Assembly: GCF_009834535.1 (NCBI RefSeq)
Contig: NC_045696.1
Coordinates: 112,284,001-112,348,000, forward strand
Length of the DNA stretch: 64,000 nucleotides
From: Camelus ferus
Taxonomy: Eukaryota
Reading direction: 5' to 3'
A model generated the notes under the pieces. That model did not search any database, was not told the DNA's origin, and worked only from the letters and a program-made list of their open reading frames with translations. Positions within the stretch are counted from its first letter, which is position 1. Every line of letters begins with the position of its first letter. The position numbers and the translations under genes were made by a program. Shown piece after piece: positions 1-13,400 of this stretch.

Positions 1-984
1 TTTGACTTGGTTGAGTAGCCACACCACAAGCCTGGGACTGCCTACTGCGAAGTCACTAAAAATTGATTCCGACACTCAGGGCCAGTGTAGGTAAGTGGTC
101 AATGTGGGTGATGAAAATTAGAGCCAGACTTCCCTGGAAGCTATCAGGCATGACTGGGCAGCCACAGCATGTGAGCACTATGATGGTACTCACCCTAACA
201 TCATTTTTGCAGGAAGAATGATTGAGGTAGTTCTAGGGTACCTCCAGTCTACAATCATATTTGTACGTCTCACACCAAGCATCCAAACACTATTAACATG
301 CTAATCTTTTCCTTAAGTGATTCCTGAAGCACACATGAAGCTTAGAAAGAAAAGTTACCTGGAGTGGGTAGATGGCATGGGTGGTGACCCCCAGAGATTT
401 CTTCAGTTAAGGCTTAAAATGAAAACAAACTTAGGAGACCTGAGCTGGAACTATATCCCCAGTTAAACTGTCCCCAGTATTCCCAGACCAACCAGCAAAA
501 TCTTCAGTGTAAAGCATCAGCAGTTTATACATTTTCACCTGAATGTTAAAATGTGAACTGAATAATTTAGGAGTAAAAACTTGAGTGAGCAATAGAGACT
601 CCCTCTTGAGAATTAGAAATTTCACATGGAGAAGCCTTAAAATGTCAACTTAATAAGAAAAGGACACCAGCTATCCACATTCTATAAGGCAGTCTTATAC
701 TGCACAAGCTAACAGAACCAGAGATGGGGGTCATCCAAGATGGAATATTTCCAGCATAGGTAAACTGATGTTGGGCAAACATTTGGCTATAATATTAGTA
801 TATATATCGCAGAGTATAGACATTTGGGCAATCAGATACACTAAAAAAGGCATCTGAGTGTAGGTAATTATCTATCCTATTTTAAAAACATTTATGGCAA
901 GTTGATTGTTTATCTTCCAGGGAAATGGCATCATGGTATTTCTCTGATGATCAAAAGGCTAGGTAGCCGTGAATTAGTATCTGC

Positions 985-1430
985 TGTAGGAGATGCTGTC
1001 ACTGGCAGAAACTAGCCCATATCCTCTGCCCACTGATCCCTTCAGAGCATCCTAACTGCCAGTACTTCCATCTCTTTCCTAGAGGGCTTTCTTTGGCCAC
1101 CTGATCTCACTCCCACCGTGGTGTGGTAGCAGGAAGTGCTGGCAATTAGCATCCTTCCTGGAGAACTTCAGTCAGTGGGTTGGTGGATAAATAACCAAGC
1201 TGTTTGCCCCTTGGGTGGGGTAACTCAGAGATGCAGGTTCTACACTGTCTCCTAGAGTCTTCCTTTGGGATTAAGTGTCAGTTGCCCACATGGTAATTTG
1301 TGTGATGATGCACACTTTACTGCTTCCTTCTCTTACACGTCTTACTTTCTACCTCCTCAATTTCCAGCACCTCTTAAACTATATGCACTTAATTCTTTGT
1401 CACAGAGTCTATTTCTGAGGGAACAGTAAG
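985..1430 (+). mobile_element. ERVL LTR, LTR16 family (LTR16A/C-like), degraded solo LTR
   Basis: Starts TGTAGGAGATGCTGTC; internal GGGGTAACTCAGAGATGCAGGTTCTACACTG and GGGATTAAGTGTCAGTTGCCCACATGGTAA resemble the recalled LTR16 consensus. Confidence 0.7.
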
Positions 1431-2358
1431 GCGTAAGAATGTCCCAATGAAAAGTAAGGCACTGAGCAGAAAATATCATCATTTTCTATATAGATACAAG
1501 CAATTCTGAAAATTTGAAATTCTGTCAGTGGCACACCTGCTAGTCTACTCAACAGGTAGATGCTGACCATGATGCAGACTTTAAAGTGACTTGGAGCAAA
1601 CAGGAGAACAATGTAAAAATAACCACAGAATTCCCCAAGAGTCTTGCTTGCTTGCATTGGATCATTAACCAAAGAATTGATTTAAAAGAGTCATAAACAC
1701 TGATTGTAGGAAATTAACAGATCATATATAATTCAGAGATATAGAACTTTGGGTATTTTATGGAAGTTGTGTATGTGTTGATATTATACCATTACCAATG
1801 TTTTATGAAAACATAGTTTTTCCTTTAAATATGTGATTGTATTCACAAAATTACCACATGTAATTTTATTTTGTTTTTAACTTTATTTTTAGTTTTTGTC
1901 CCCCCGCCAATATTATTGACAATCTTCTCAGTGCGGTACATTTTGTCCCCATAGCTCATTACTTTGTAAATAGAAGTTTGTACCTCTTAATCTCCCTCAC
2001 CTATTTCACTTGTCCCCCAAACTCCTTCCCCTCTGGCAACCACCTGTTTGTTCTCTGTTTCTACGAGTCTGTTTGTTTTATGTTTGTTAATTTGTTTTTG
2101 TTTGAAATCATATGGTTTTTGTATTCTCTGTCTGACTTATTTCACTTAGCATAATACCCTCTAGGTCCACCCACGTTGTCACAAGTGGCAAAACTCCATT
2201 ATGTTTTATGGCTGAGTAATATTAAACATATATATATATAATATATATATCACATCTTCTTTATCCTAAATTCCATCTATCGATGGACAAATCAGTTGCT
2301 TCTGTATCTTGGCTATTATAAATAATGCTGCAGTGAAAATAAGGGTGCATTTATCTTT

Positions 2359-5300
2359 TCAAACTGGTGCTTTCAATTTCTTCAGAAAAATACCCAGAAA
2401 TAGAATTGCTGAATAATATGATTGTTTTATTTTTAATTTTTTGAGGAACCTCCATACTGTTTTCCAGTGGCTGTACCTCTTTACATTGCTACCAACAGTG
2501 CACGAACGTCCCTTTTCTCCACATCCTTGCCAACACCTGTCATTTTGGTATCTTTCTGATGATTGCCATTCTGACAGGTGTGAGGTGATATCTCGTGTGA
2601 TTCTGATTTGCATTTCTTTGATGATTAATGATGTTGAACATTTTTTCATGTGTCTCTTGGCCTTCTGTATCACTTATTTGGAAAAAATGTTTATTCAGGC
2701 CTTCAGCACATTTTTTAATCAGTTTGTTTTTTGATATTGAATTATATGAGTTCTTTGCAAATTTTGGATATTAACCCTTATCAGATATATCATTTGCAAA
2801 TGTCTTCACCCATTTAATAGGCAGACTTTTCGTTTTGTTGATGGTTTCCTTTACTGTGTAAAAGCTTTTTAGTTTAACCTAGCTCCATTTATTTTTGCTT
2901 TTGTTTCCCTTGCCTGAGTAGACATATCCAAAACTATATTGCTAGGACCATTTCAGAAAGCATACTGCTTATGTTTTCTTCCAGAAGTTTTATGGTTTCA
3001 GATCTTACATTTAAGTCTTTAATCCATTTTTAGTTCATTTTTGTATATGGTATGAGAAAGTAGTCCAGTTTGATTTTTTGCATGAAACTGTCAAATTTTC
3101 CCAACATCATTTATTGAAAAAGCTGTCTTTTCTCAATTGTATATTCTTGCCTCCTCTGTCATAGGTTAATTGACCATATGCATGTGGTTTTATTCCTGGG
3201 CTCTCTAATCTGTTCCGCTGATCTATCTATTTGGTTCCAGTACCATATTGTTTAGATTACTGCAGCTTTGTTTGAAATTAGGGAGCATGATACCACTACC
3301 TTTGATCTTCTTTCTCAAGATTGTTTTGGCTATTAGATGTCTTCTGTGTTTCCATACAAATTTTAGAATTATTCTAGCTCTGTGAAAAATGCCACTGATA
3401 TTTTGATAGGGATTGCTCTGAATCTATAGATTGCATTGGGCAGTGTATTTGTGTTAACAATATTAATTCTTCCAGTCCATGAACATGGTATATCTTTCCA
3501 TCTGTTTGTGCTGTCTTCAATTTCTTTCTCCAGTGTCTTATAGTTTTCTGAGTATAGATTTTTTACCTCTTTAGTTATATTTATTCCTAGCTATTGTATT
3601 CTTTTTAATGCAATGGTAAATGGGATTGTTTTCTTAATTTCTCTTTCTGATATTTTGTTGTTAGTGTACAGAAATGCCAAAGATTTCTGTATGTTAACTT
3701 TGTATCCTTCAAGTCTACCAAATTCATTGATGATTTGTAGTAATTTTTGGTGGCATCTTTAAGATTTTCTATGTAGAGTATGTCATCTGCTAACAGTAAT
3801 AGTAATCAGTTTTTTCTTTCCAATTTGAACTCCTTTTGTTTCTTTTTCTTCTCCAATTGCTGTTGCAATGACTTCCAAAACTATGTTGAATAAAAGTGGT
3901 AAAAGTGGGCATCTCTGTCTTGTTCCTGATCTTAGAGGAAATGTTTTCAGCTTTTTGCCATTGAGTGTGATGTTACCTGCGGGCTTATCCTATATGTTGA
4001 GCTATTTTCCCTGTACATCCACTTTGTTGAAAATTTTTTATCATAAAACAATATTGAGTTTTGTCAAAGCTTTTCTGCATCTATTGAGATAATTATATGG
4101 TTTTAATTCTTAATTTGTTAAAGTGGTATATCACATTGATTTATTGGTAGATATTGAATCATCCATTCATTCACAGGATAAATCACAGTCAATTACGGTG
4201 CATGATTCTTTTTAATGTATTGTTGAATTCAGTTTGCTAATATGTTGCTGAGAATTTTCACATCTATGTTCATCAGGGACAGTGACCTTCAATTTTCCTT
4301 TTTTGTGGTGTCTTTTCTGGTTTTGGTATCAGGATGATACTGGCCTTGTAAATGAGTTTGGAAGCATATCTTCCTCTTTAATTTTCAAGAAAAGTTTGAG
4401 AAGACTAGGTGTTAACTCTTCTTTAGGTGTTCTATAGAATCTACCTGTGAATCTGTCCAATCCTGGACTTTTGTTTGTTGAGTGTTTTTTCAAATTACTG
4501 ATTTAATTTCATTACTGATAATCATCTGTTCATATTCTCTGTTTTTTCCTGATTGAGGCTTGGGAGATTATATGTTTCTAGGAATTTATCCATTTCTTCT
4601 AGGTTGTCCATTTTATTGGCATATAATTGTTCATAGTCATCTCTTATGATCCTTTGTATTTCTATGATATCAGTTGTAAATTTTCTTTTTACATTTTATT
4701 TGGGCCTTCTCTCTCTTTTCATAATAACCCTGACTAAAGGTTTATCAGTTCTGTTTATCTTTTCTAAGAACAAGCTCTTTGTGTTTCCATTTTCATTTGT
4801 CTCCAGGTATTCTCTGATTTCCTCTTTAATTTCTTCAGTGACACATTGGTTGTTTAGTAGCATGTTGTTAGCCTCCACCTGGTTGTGTTTTTTGCAGTTT
4901 TCTTCTTGTAGCTGATTTCTAGTCTCATAGCATTGTGGTTGGAAAAGATGCTTGATGTGATTTCCATCTTCTTAAATTTACTGAGACTTATTTTGTGGCC
5001 AAGTATGTGATCTATCCAGGAGAATGTTTCATGTGCACTTGAAAAGAATATGCATTCTGTTCCATTTGGATGAGATATTCTCTCTCTATATATATATATG
5101 TATCTATTAAGTTCACAGGATCTAATGTATTGTTTAAGGCCTGTGTTTGCTTACCGGTTTTCTATCTGGATAATCTGTCCATTGATGTAAGTGGGGTTAA
5201 GTCCCCTACTATTATTGTGTTGCTGTCAATTTTTCCCTTTATGTCTGTTAATATTTGCATTATGCATTCAGGTGCTCCTATGTTGGGTGTATATATATTT

Positions 5301-5790
5301 ACAATTGCTCCATCTTCATCTTTGACTGATCTCTTAATCATTATGTAATATACTTCTTTGAGTCTTGTTCCAGTCTTTGTTTTAAAGTCTATTTGTCTGA
5401 CATAAGTATTGCTACTCTGGCTTTCTTTTGATTTATATTTGTGTGGAATACTCTTTCTGTCCCCTCACTTTCAGTCTGTATGTGTCTCTAGATCTGAAGT
5501 GAGTCTCTTATAGGCAGCAAATATATGGGTCTCATTTTTTTTTTATCCATTCAGCTACCCTATGTCTTTTGACTGGAGCATTTAGTTCATTCACATTTAA
5601 AGTAAGTATTGATAGGTATGTATTTATTGTCATTTTTTCATTTGTTTTCTATTTGTTTTTGTTCTTTTTCTGTTGCTCTCTTCCCTTGTGATTTGATGAC
5701 TGTCTTTAGTGTTCTATCTAAATTCTTTTCTCTTTTTGTCTGTGAATATATTATCAATTTTTGGTTTGTGGTTACCATGAGGTTTATACA
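2359..5790 (-). pseudogene. L1 ORF2p (endonuclease/reverse transcriptase) remnant, multiply disrupted
   Basis: Fragments LLNNQCVTEEIKEEIREYLETNEN, KINRTDKPL and [39 protein letters not shown] match L1 ORF2p; upstream boundary approximate. Confidence 0.88.
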
Positions 5791-6151
5791 TAGCAATCTA
5801 TATATGCACGTGATTATTTTAAATTGATGATATCTTAGGTTTGAAAGCATTCTAACAATGCTGCATTTTTACACCTCCCCCCAGTACTGTTTTTGACATC
5901 ATATTTTACATCAGGTTGTTTTTGTATGCATTAACTACTTATAGTAGATATAGATTATTTTACTACTTTTGTCTTTTAGCCTTCCTACTAGCTTTATAAG
6001 TATTTGACATACTACCTTTACTGTATATTTTCCTTTCCCAAAGTGATTTTTTCCTTCATAATTTTCATATTCCTCATTGTGGCCCTTTCTTGTTCTCTTA
6101 GAGAAGTCTCTTAAATATTTCTAGTAAAGCTAGTTTAGTGGTGCTAAACTC

Positions 6152-6985
6152 TTAACTTTTGCTTGTAAAACTCTTTATCTCTCCTTCAATTCTGAATGAT
6201 AGTCTTGCTGGGTAAAGCATTCTTGGTGTGGTTTTTTTCCCTTTCATCACTTTGACTATAAAATGCCACTTCTTTCTGGCCTGTAAAGTTTCTGCTGAAA
6301 AGTCAGCCGATAATCTTAAGATAGTTCCTTTGTACACAACTAATTGCTCTTCACTTGTTGCTTTTAATATTCTCTCTTTATCTTTAATTTTTTGCCATTT
6401 TAATTATAATGTGTCTTGGTGTGGTCCTCTTTAGGTTGATCCTTATTGGAACTCTCTGGGCTCCTTGGACCTGGATGTCTGTTTCCTTTCTCAGGTTAGG
6501 GATGTTTTTATCTATTGTTTCTTTAAATTTAAGTTCTCTGCCCCTTCCTCTCTCTTCTCCTGGAACCACGGTACTGTGAATGTTAGTATTCTTGATGTTG
6601 TCTCAGAGGTCTAACTGTCCCCATTTAAAAAAAAATTTCCTTCCCCCTTTTTCTATTCAGTGTGGATGATTTCCACTACTATGTCTTCTAATTTGTTGAT
6701 GCATTCCTCTGTATCATCTAATCCACTATTGATTCCTTCTAATGTATTTTTCATTATGGTTACTGTATTTTTCAGCTCTGTTTGATTCTTCTTTACATTT
6801 TCTAACTCTTCAAACTCTTTTTTAAACTTCTCACTCTGGTCATACGTTCTCTCAAGTTCCTTGAACATATTTATTATCATTACCTTGAAAACTTTATTGG
6901 GTAGACTGCTTATCTCCACATAGCTTAGTTCTTCTGGGATTTTATTTTGTTCCTTAATTTGAGATATATTCTTTTGTTGCCTCAT
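6152..6985 (-). pseudogene. L1 ORF1p remnant (frameshifted)
   Basis: Fragments with a coiled-coil segment (KKNQTELKNTV), QVQGAQRVPIRINLKRTTPRHIIIKMAK and RLSADFSAETLQARKKW..YPARLSF match L1 ORF1p motifs. Confidence 0.9.
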
Positions 6986-9900
6986 TTTACCTAATTCTCT
7001 GTTTTTATTTCTATGTATTAGGTAGGTTGGCTACACTTCCCAGTATTGGAGGAGTGACCTTGTGTAGGGGATGTCCTTTGGGGCCCAGCAGTGCACTCCC
7101 TTCTTGTCACCTATCTATATGCTTTAGAGGGTGCCCCCTGTGTGGGCTTGTATTCTGGTGGAGCTGACTACTGTGGGCTTGTTGGCAGGTAGGGCTGGCC
7201 TGTAGCCTGCTTGGTTGCCAGACCTTGCCTTGTGCAGAGGCTACTGGCTGCTGGTGGTTAGCGCCTTGTCCTGGATCTGATGTAAACCCTCTGGTGGGTG
7301 GGGCTGGGTCCCAGTGTGGCTGGCTGCGTGGCCTTGGGTGTCCTGGGATAGATGGCGACTGACTGGTGGGTAGGTAAGTCTCCAGCACTAGTAAGTTAGA
7401 GAGAGGATTCAAAACTGAAGTTTGCCGGTGCCAGTGTCCCCCAAATGGCTGCCACCACTACCTATGTCCCCAGTGGAAGTCCCTGTTGCCTTTTGCCTCT
7501 CTGGGAGGCTCCCCAAGATAAGCAAGTGGGTCTTACCCAGGCTTCTTTCAAATTTCTACCTCTGTGCTGGGACTCAAAAGCATGTAGGATTTTGCATGTA
7601 CCCTTTAAGAGTGAAGTCTCTGTTTCCCACAGCCCTTTGGCTCTGTCGTATGCAAGCCCCACAGGCCTTCAATGCAGACATTCTAGGGACTTGTCTTCCC
7701 AGTGTAGGACCCTTGTGCTGGAGAGCCCAATATGGGGCTTGGACCCCTTGCTCCTTGGCGAGAACATCTGAAATTGTAATTATCCTCCTGTTTGTGGGTT
7801 GCCTATCTGTGGGTGTGGGTTTTGACTATACCGTGTCTCTGCCCCCTAACCTGTCTCACTGTAGTTCTTTCTTGATATCTTTAGTTATTGAAAATCTTTT
7901 CTGCTAGTCTTCAGGTTGTTCTCATCAATAGTTGCTCTGTAAATAGCTGTAATTTTGGTGTGTTCATGGGAGGAGGTGAACCCAGTGTCTTTCTACTCTG
8001 CCATCTTAGCCACTCCTCCTACATGTAATTTTAATTTAGATTTAATGCTCCCCTTTTTTTTCATCCTGGGAATGAAGCTATAATTTCACAATAAGTCAAC
8101 TGTATAATACATTCCACTAAACTGAAACTCACTATCAAGTTAAAATTTTAATGCACCCTTGTTCCATAAAAAGCATTTTAAACTCACTGATTTTTATACG
8201 GTGCTAAGAAAATGCTTGGAAATTCAGTAAAGATGGAGATAGTAATAGGAATAAAATTTGATGGATTTATCTGGAATAAATTCAGAAACTGAATATGATA
8301 TTAAGGATAACAAAGCTAATGCCACAAGTACTTTTTTTGAATGTTTGAATAATATGAAGAAATATTACTTTAGCATGTTACTACTGAAACCTACCTAACC
8401 AAATCCAATGACTTTAATATCTATTTCCTTAGCCCATGAATAACTGGAAGAAATCTTTTTACCAGTTATTGTGTCAGAAATTGAGCATATAAGACACTGT
8501 ATATTTTTAAGTGATCTGATTTCAGGAATAAGGTTTGTGTTGATGAGGAATTAGTAGACTCCAAAGAAATAAATATCTGCAGGTGAAACTATAGAAAAGA
8601 AATTCTCATATGAAGACCTTTAGGGAGAAGAGCCAATAGTTTACATGATAAGATTTCAGTGGAACCATGAAGGCTTTTGTATCAAGAGATATCCCTTGTC
8701 TTCCAAATACTGACTGGTGTCAAACATATTATTTTACGGTCCCACTTTAATCTTCCTGTTTAAAAATTTTTTCTGTTAACATAAAATATTCATAGAAGGT
8801 ATACGACAGTAAGTTATATTAATCATTTGCCTTTTACTATAAGTTAATATCCTTTCCCACCACACCCTTCCGAATATACCTTTAAGAGAAGAAATCAGGT
8901 GAGTAGGAGAAAAGGAGAGCACACTGAGTGATCAAAGACGCCCAGACCACAGCCACTACGGTCACTATTTGGCACCAGGGTTCACAGACACCAACAATAT
9001 CCTATAGTCTGATCTTAACATACAGATGTTTTCATCTAAATTGCATAGCCAAATAATCATTTTACTGATCAGCTAATCATATAAATTCTTTAAGATATTT
9101 ATTGAGACACATTTAAAAACTGAGTATGACTTCATAGTGTGTAAATGTCATATAAATACATAAAATATACACATTGGACATGTTTATATGGTCTCTTCCT
9201 ACTCCCCTTTCCTTCACCATCTGATCATTTTCTTTCTTACTCTGAAAAGCAATAATCTACATATATAATGGAAAGAAAATTAGAAAGAAAACTGTTAAAA
9301 TATCTCCCTATAAAAAATATCACCACAGCTGTTAGCAAAAGAATATATTCCAAAATAGCAGAAGCAGATAAGGGGAACAAACACTAAAACGATGAACAAT
9401 GAAATTTGATTATTTCTACTCTTTTTTATGACAAATTTATTGCTGAGAATGAAATGCTGACAAGCAATTACAATTGAGTTAATTGAAACATATAAAACAA
9501 TAAAAACCACAATTGTGTTGTGGTTTGATGGAACAGGGAAGTGATTTCTGAACTTTCTAGAGTCTTAATACTTTAATGTTCCTATCTTTTTACTCTAGAG
9601 CAAACAGATTTATTTTTTGCTTGAAAGTTAATTTTTTAAAGACTTCTTTCTATATTGGAATAATCTTTGAAATATCTGAACAATCAAGGGAGGTTGGCTT
9701 CCACTCTATGAGAAATTAACTTTCTTCGGATTACGAAAAATGTAAAATCAAGGGTTAGGGAAAATTTGAGATCCGTGGAAAAAGGAGACACACAACTAAG
9801 CTCAAAGGGTCAAGATCAAAAGGGGGTTAATGGAACAAGTGACGTAATGCTTTTTGCTTAGAATGTGAGCTACCACAAGAGGCCCCTATCCCTGCAACTC

Positions 9901-10002
9901 AAAGGGTTTTTTTGCCTATTTATTCAGGCATATGGTGAAAGAAGGTTTACATATCACTTTTTTCCACCTCTATGGCCTGAAGCAACATTTATTAAAAGCC
10001 AT

Positions 10003-10110
10003 TCTCCAGAATGTAAGTTTCACAAGGGACAGAGTGTTTGTTTCATTCACAGATATGTATTCTACGTGCCTAGAAGAATGCGTGGCACACAGTAGGAGCT
10101 CAGTGTTTGT
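10003..10110 (+). mobile_element. L2 3' end fragment
   Basis: AGAATGTAAGTTTCACAAGGGACAG...GTGCCTAGAAGAATGCGTGGCACACAGTAGGAGCTCA resembles the L2 terminus. Confidence 0.7.
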
Positions 10111-10184
10111 CTACAAGGACCAGGCACCAAGCCAATGACCTGCTTTCTACACTGACTAAGACCAGGCCTAGAGACACTTGTGTG

Positions 10185-10404
10185 TCTCAGTGGGGGCTAC
10201 TGGCATTTTGAGCAAAACAATCATGTGTGTGTGTCTGAGGGGTGGGTACAGGATTATTTGGTGGGATACAGATGTTGAAAAACCTTGGCTGGAACCCATT
10301 AGTTGCCAGCGGCAGCCTTCGGTTGTAAATGACAAACCAAAAACTTCCTACATATTTCCAGATGCTTTCTCAGGTACAGTTCAACCCCTAGTTGAGAACC
10401 ACTG
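10185..10404 (-). mobile_element. MER20-like hAT-Charlie DNA transposon
   Basis: Ends GTTGAGAACCACTG (TIR); internal GGCTACTGGCATTTTGAGCAAAACAAT and GACAAACCAAAAA..TTTCCAGATG resemble reverse-complemented MER20. Confidence 0.65.
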
Positions 10405-13400
10405 AGGGAAACATAGATGGGTAAAGATGGTTACTAAATGCTAAACTACTAAAAAGCATAATAGGTTATTAAAAAGGTATTAAATCTTCCTATAGGCATA
10501 GGAAAAGTTCACTTTAGTTTCTGTGTAGTATTTTATTGTGTAGATATATCTTATTTTCAATAATTTCTCTTTCATTAACCAGGAAAAACATTTATGATGT
10601 TTTCAGACTTTTGAAGCTGAGATTCATTTTCGCCTAACTCTGCCTAGAAGTGTTATATTCACCAAGCAGACTAGAACACAAAGTTTCAATTACTTCTTGT
10701 GAGGAGTAAATTTTCAGTAATAATTGTACCCTTCAGTCTACCTGTAAGTAAAGATTTACCATGGATTAATCCTCTTCCCACCTTCAAAAAAGGGCAAAAT
10801 TGGATTGAGACTGGTTGTCAGTGCAGAGCTTTTGAATGTGTCATTTCATTCTCGAAAAGTTATCCAAGGAAAGTAATTTTTTTAGGGTGGGGGAAAAAAT
10901 CTTTGGATGTAAAAGATGTTTATTATTTTCTGTGCTGGTAGAAAAAATAGAAAACACCAAATGCATATAATGGTTTACCTCTACTTCATAAAATATTACG
11001 CAGAAATTAAAATAATTATGAAGGACATATTACAATAGTAAAAGAAAAAAATTCTTGTGGAAAGGGTTTTAGGTGCATAAAATGAACTGAAAGAAAACAG
11101 AAAACTGTTTGAAGAAAGTAGAATTGGATGAAAGTAGAATTGGAGGTATGTCTGGCAAATGTTCATCATAAATCATGTATTTAAAGCAGACTGCAAAGGT
11201 GACTCTAAGCTTTCCAGGATCCAATGAAAAAAGGAAGATGTGATCATTAAATGTTTCCATTGCCATAAGATAAAAAAACTTTTTTTCTCACTGAAAATAT
11301 TATTTGTGCCGTAAAAATCAGAAGACGTATTTCCCCTGTAACGGCTCATAAAGGAACACTGTGGAACAGAGCAGGCACTAGTCTCAGCAACTTCCCACAG
11401 AGCAGCAACCGATAGCATCCTTTTGTAAAGGAAAGCAGAGACCATAATTAAAACTTGTATTTGCTTTACGACTACAGTGACATAAAATTATGTAGGCATG
11501 TGGGCCAAGATCAAAATAAAAGAGGGGAAAATAAATAGTTTCATTTTCTAGAGCTATATTTTAGGTAAAGTACCTTCTGATACATTCTTATGTCTCAGTA
11601 TTGGAACATTTATGAGCTCTTTCTATTCAATAAATACAGGCATTAAAATAAATTGCAGGCTATTTGTCTAATAAGAAACAGGAGAAGATAATCTAAGTCA
11701 TAATGGCTAATATCTAACTATCTTTATTGTAAAAAGTAGTCCCTGAAAATGTACCTAACTCCACAAAACGATTGACCAATAGGTTTTAAACAATTGCATT
11801 GATTTCTACCAATCAAAATCTTTCAAAATGTTGGCAAGAAATTGGGAGAATAATTAGCTTATGGGGGGCCCCAAGAGGCAACAGTGCTTCACTTGTTTGC
11901 TCTATAAATTATTTAACTATAAGAGGCTATTCAGTTGTACTTAAAGAATCATACGATTCCTATTCTGATCTTTACCAAGTCATTGGGCAAAGATAATACC
12001 TTTATGTCCCTTCAGATCCAAAGATGAAGAGCTATGTAAATATTGGATTTTGAGCATCCATAGCTCACCGCCATTGCTGCCCTTCCACAATAACTGCTGG
12101 GACTCTGTACTACGTCCCCACTCAATTTCCCTAAAAGACTCCACATTCTCCCCCTACTGTCTTTTTCTCCACACTCCCTCCCTCCTTGCCTGCTTTACAT
12201 TAAAGGAAAAACCTACATGTCAGCAAATTCACAGGATTCCTTGACAATGTAATCAGAGACAACATGGGGGACTTTCTCCCCAGAGATTTAATTTGTCATC
12301 AGAGAACACTACTGTGTCTTGTTGCACTGCATTATAGATATTTTAATCTCCACTGAGAGACTGTAATTTAGGAAAACAAAATTCCTGGTTCAGGTGGCAT
12401 CATTTCAAATCCTTGCATAGATGATATGAACTGAGTTAAGGTCTTTTCCCAGTGCAACTGACTTAGTTACTGCCCAGCTTAGTTACTATAACATGAGCCA
12501 GCAAAGTGGTTGAAAAGCTCAAGGTGGATCTTTCCATTTATTCCCCCATGTGCTTCAGGATAAAAATTCATCCATTTTCAGATTCTTTCCTTCATTCCAC
12601 AAAACTAGTGAGCATCTCCCTGGTGAAAGGCATCATCCTAAGTGAAGGCGGCAATAATGTAGGACTCAGCCTCGACAAGTTGACAATTCCATACGAGGGG
12701 TAAATATTTAAACCACATGGTAAGGGGGAATAACCCAAAATTCTTCATTAGAGACATAAAACTCATGTGGTAAGGGTCCAGAGGAAGTAAAGGTGAATTC
12801 TGAGCAGGATTTTCATTGAAAAGAGGAGAATATTATCCCACAAGCAATGTCTGGGTATTTATATCATGTTGGCACCAGCGCTGTATCTGTATGAAAAATA
12901 TAGACTGTCCGGGGCTTTTCAAACTCTCCCTGTCTACCCCTTGCCTGGACTAAAGTGTCCCTTTAACAATTGAGAGAAACATAAAACTGATGCTAGGGTC
13001 TCTGATACATGCCTACAACCTCCCGTAGCCTGGCACTTAGAGATCTTCTTGTCTCTGGTGTGCGGGAATGTGGGGGCAGAGAGAAGAGGGGAAGACGGGT
13101 GAGAACCCCAACACAAGTCCACGAGAAAAGACCGGTTGTCCTCAGGGAGTTAGTTGATTCTGACTCAATTTATCACAAGTTTCTGAACCGGATGATTTTT
13201 TTTGATGGCACATCTGGCAACATCATAAAAACCCCAAGTCCCAAGTGATTAGACAGGAATTACTTTTGTAAATTATTTATGACTATTACTGATGTGAGCT
13301 CATTCTGAGCAGCAAGCGACAGAAGTAGCCAAGGACAAAGGGAAAAAAAAAAAAACTGGGGGTGGGGAGGAGGTCCTTTCTCGAGATGCCTCTTAGAAAG

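Larger units (their letters stand above)
1869..8020 (-). mobile_element. Full-length but decayed LINE-1 (5'UTR, ORF1, ORF2, 3'UTR, A-rich tail)
   Basis: Minus strand begins AGGAGGAGTGGCTAAGATGGCAGAGTAG (typical L1 5' end; YY1-like motif at 8000-8007). ORF1-like peptides at 6152-6985 and ORF2-like peptides at 2359-4878. TSD ACATGTAATTTTA at 1856-1868 and 8021-8033 with a TT/AAAA endonuclease site. Confidence 0.95.

Noticed and set aside
7107..7907. Overlapping ORFs of 66-161 aa
   Set aside because: They lie in the GC-richer L1 5'UTR, where open frames are expected by composition
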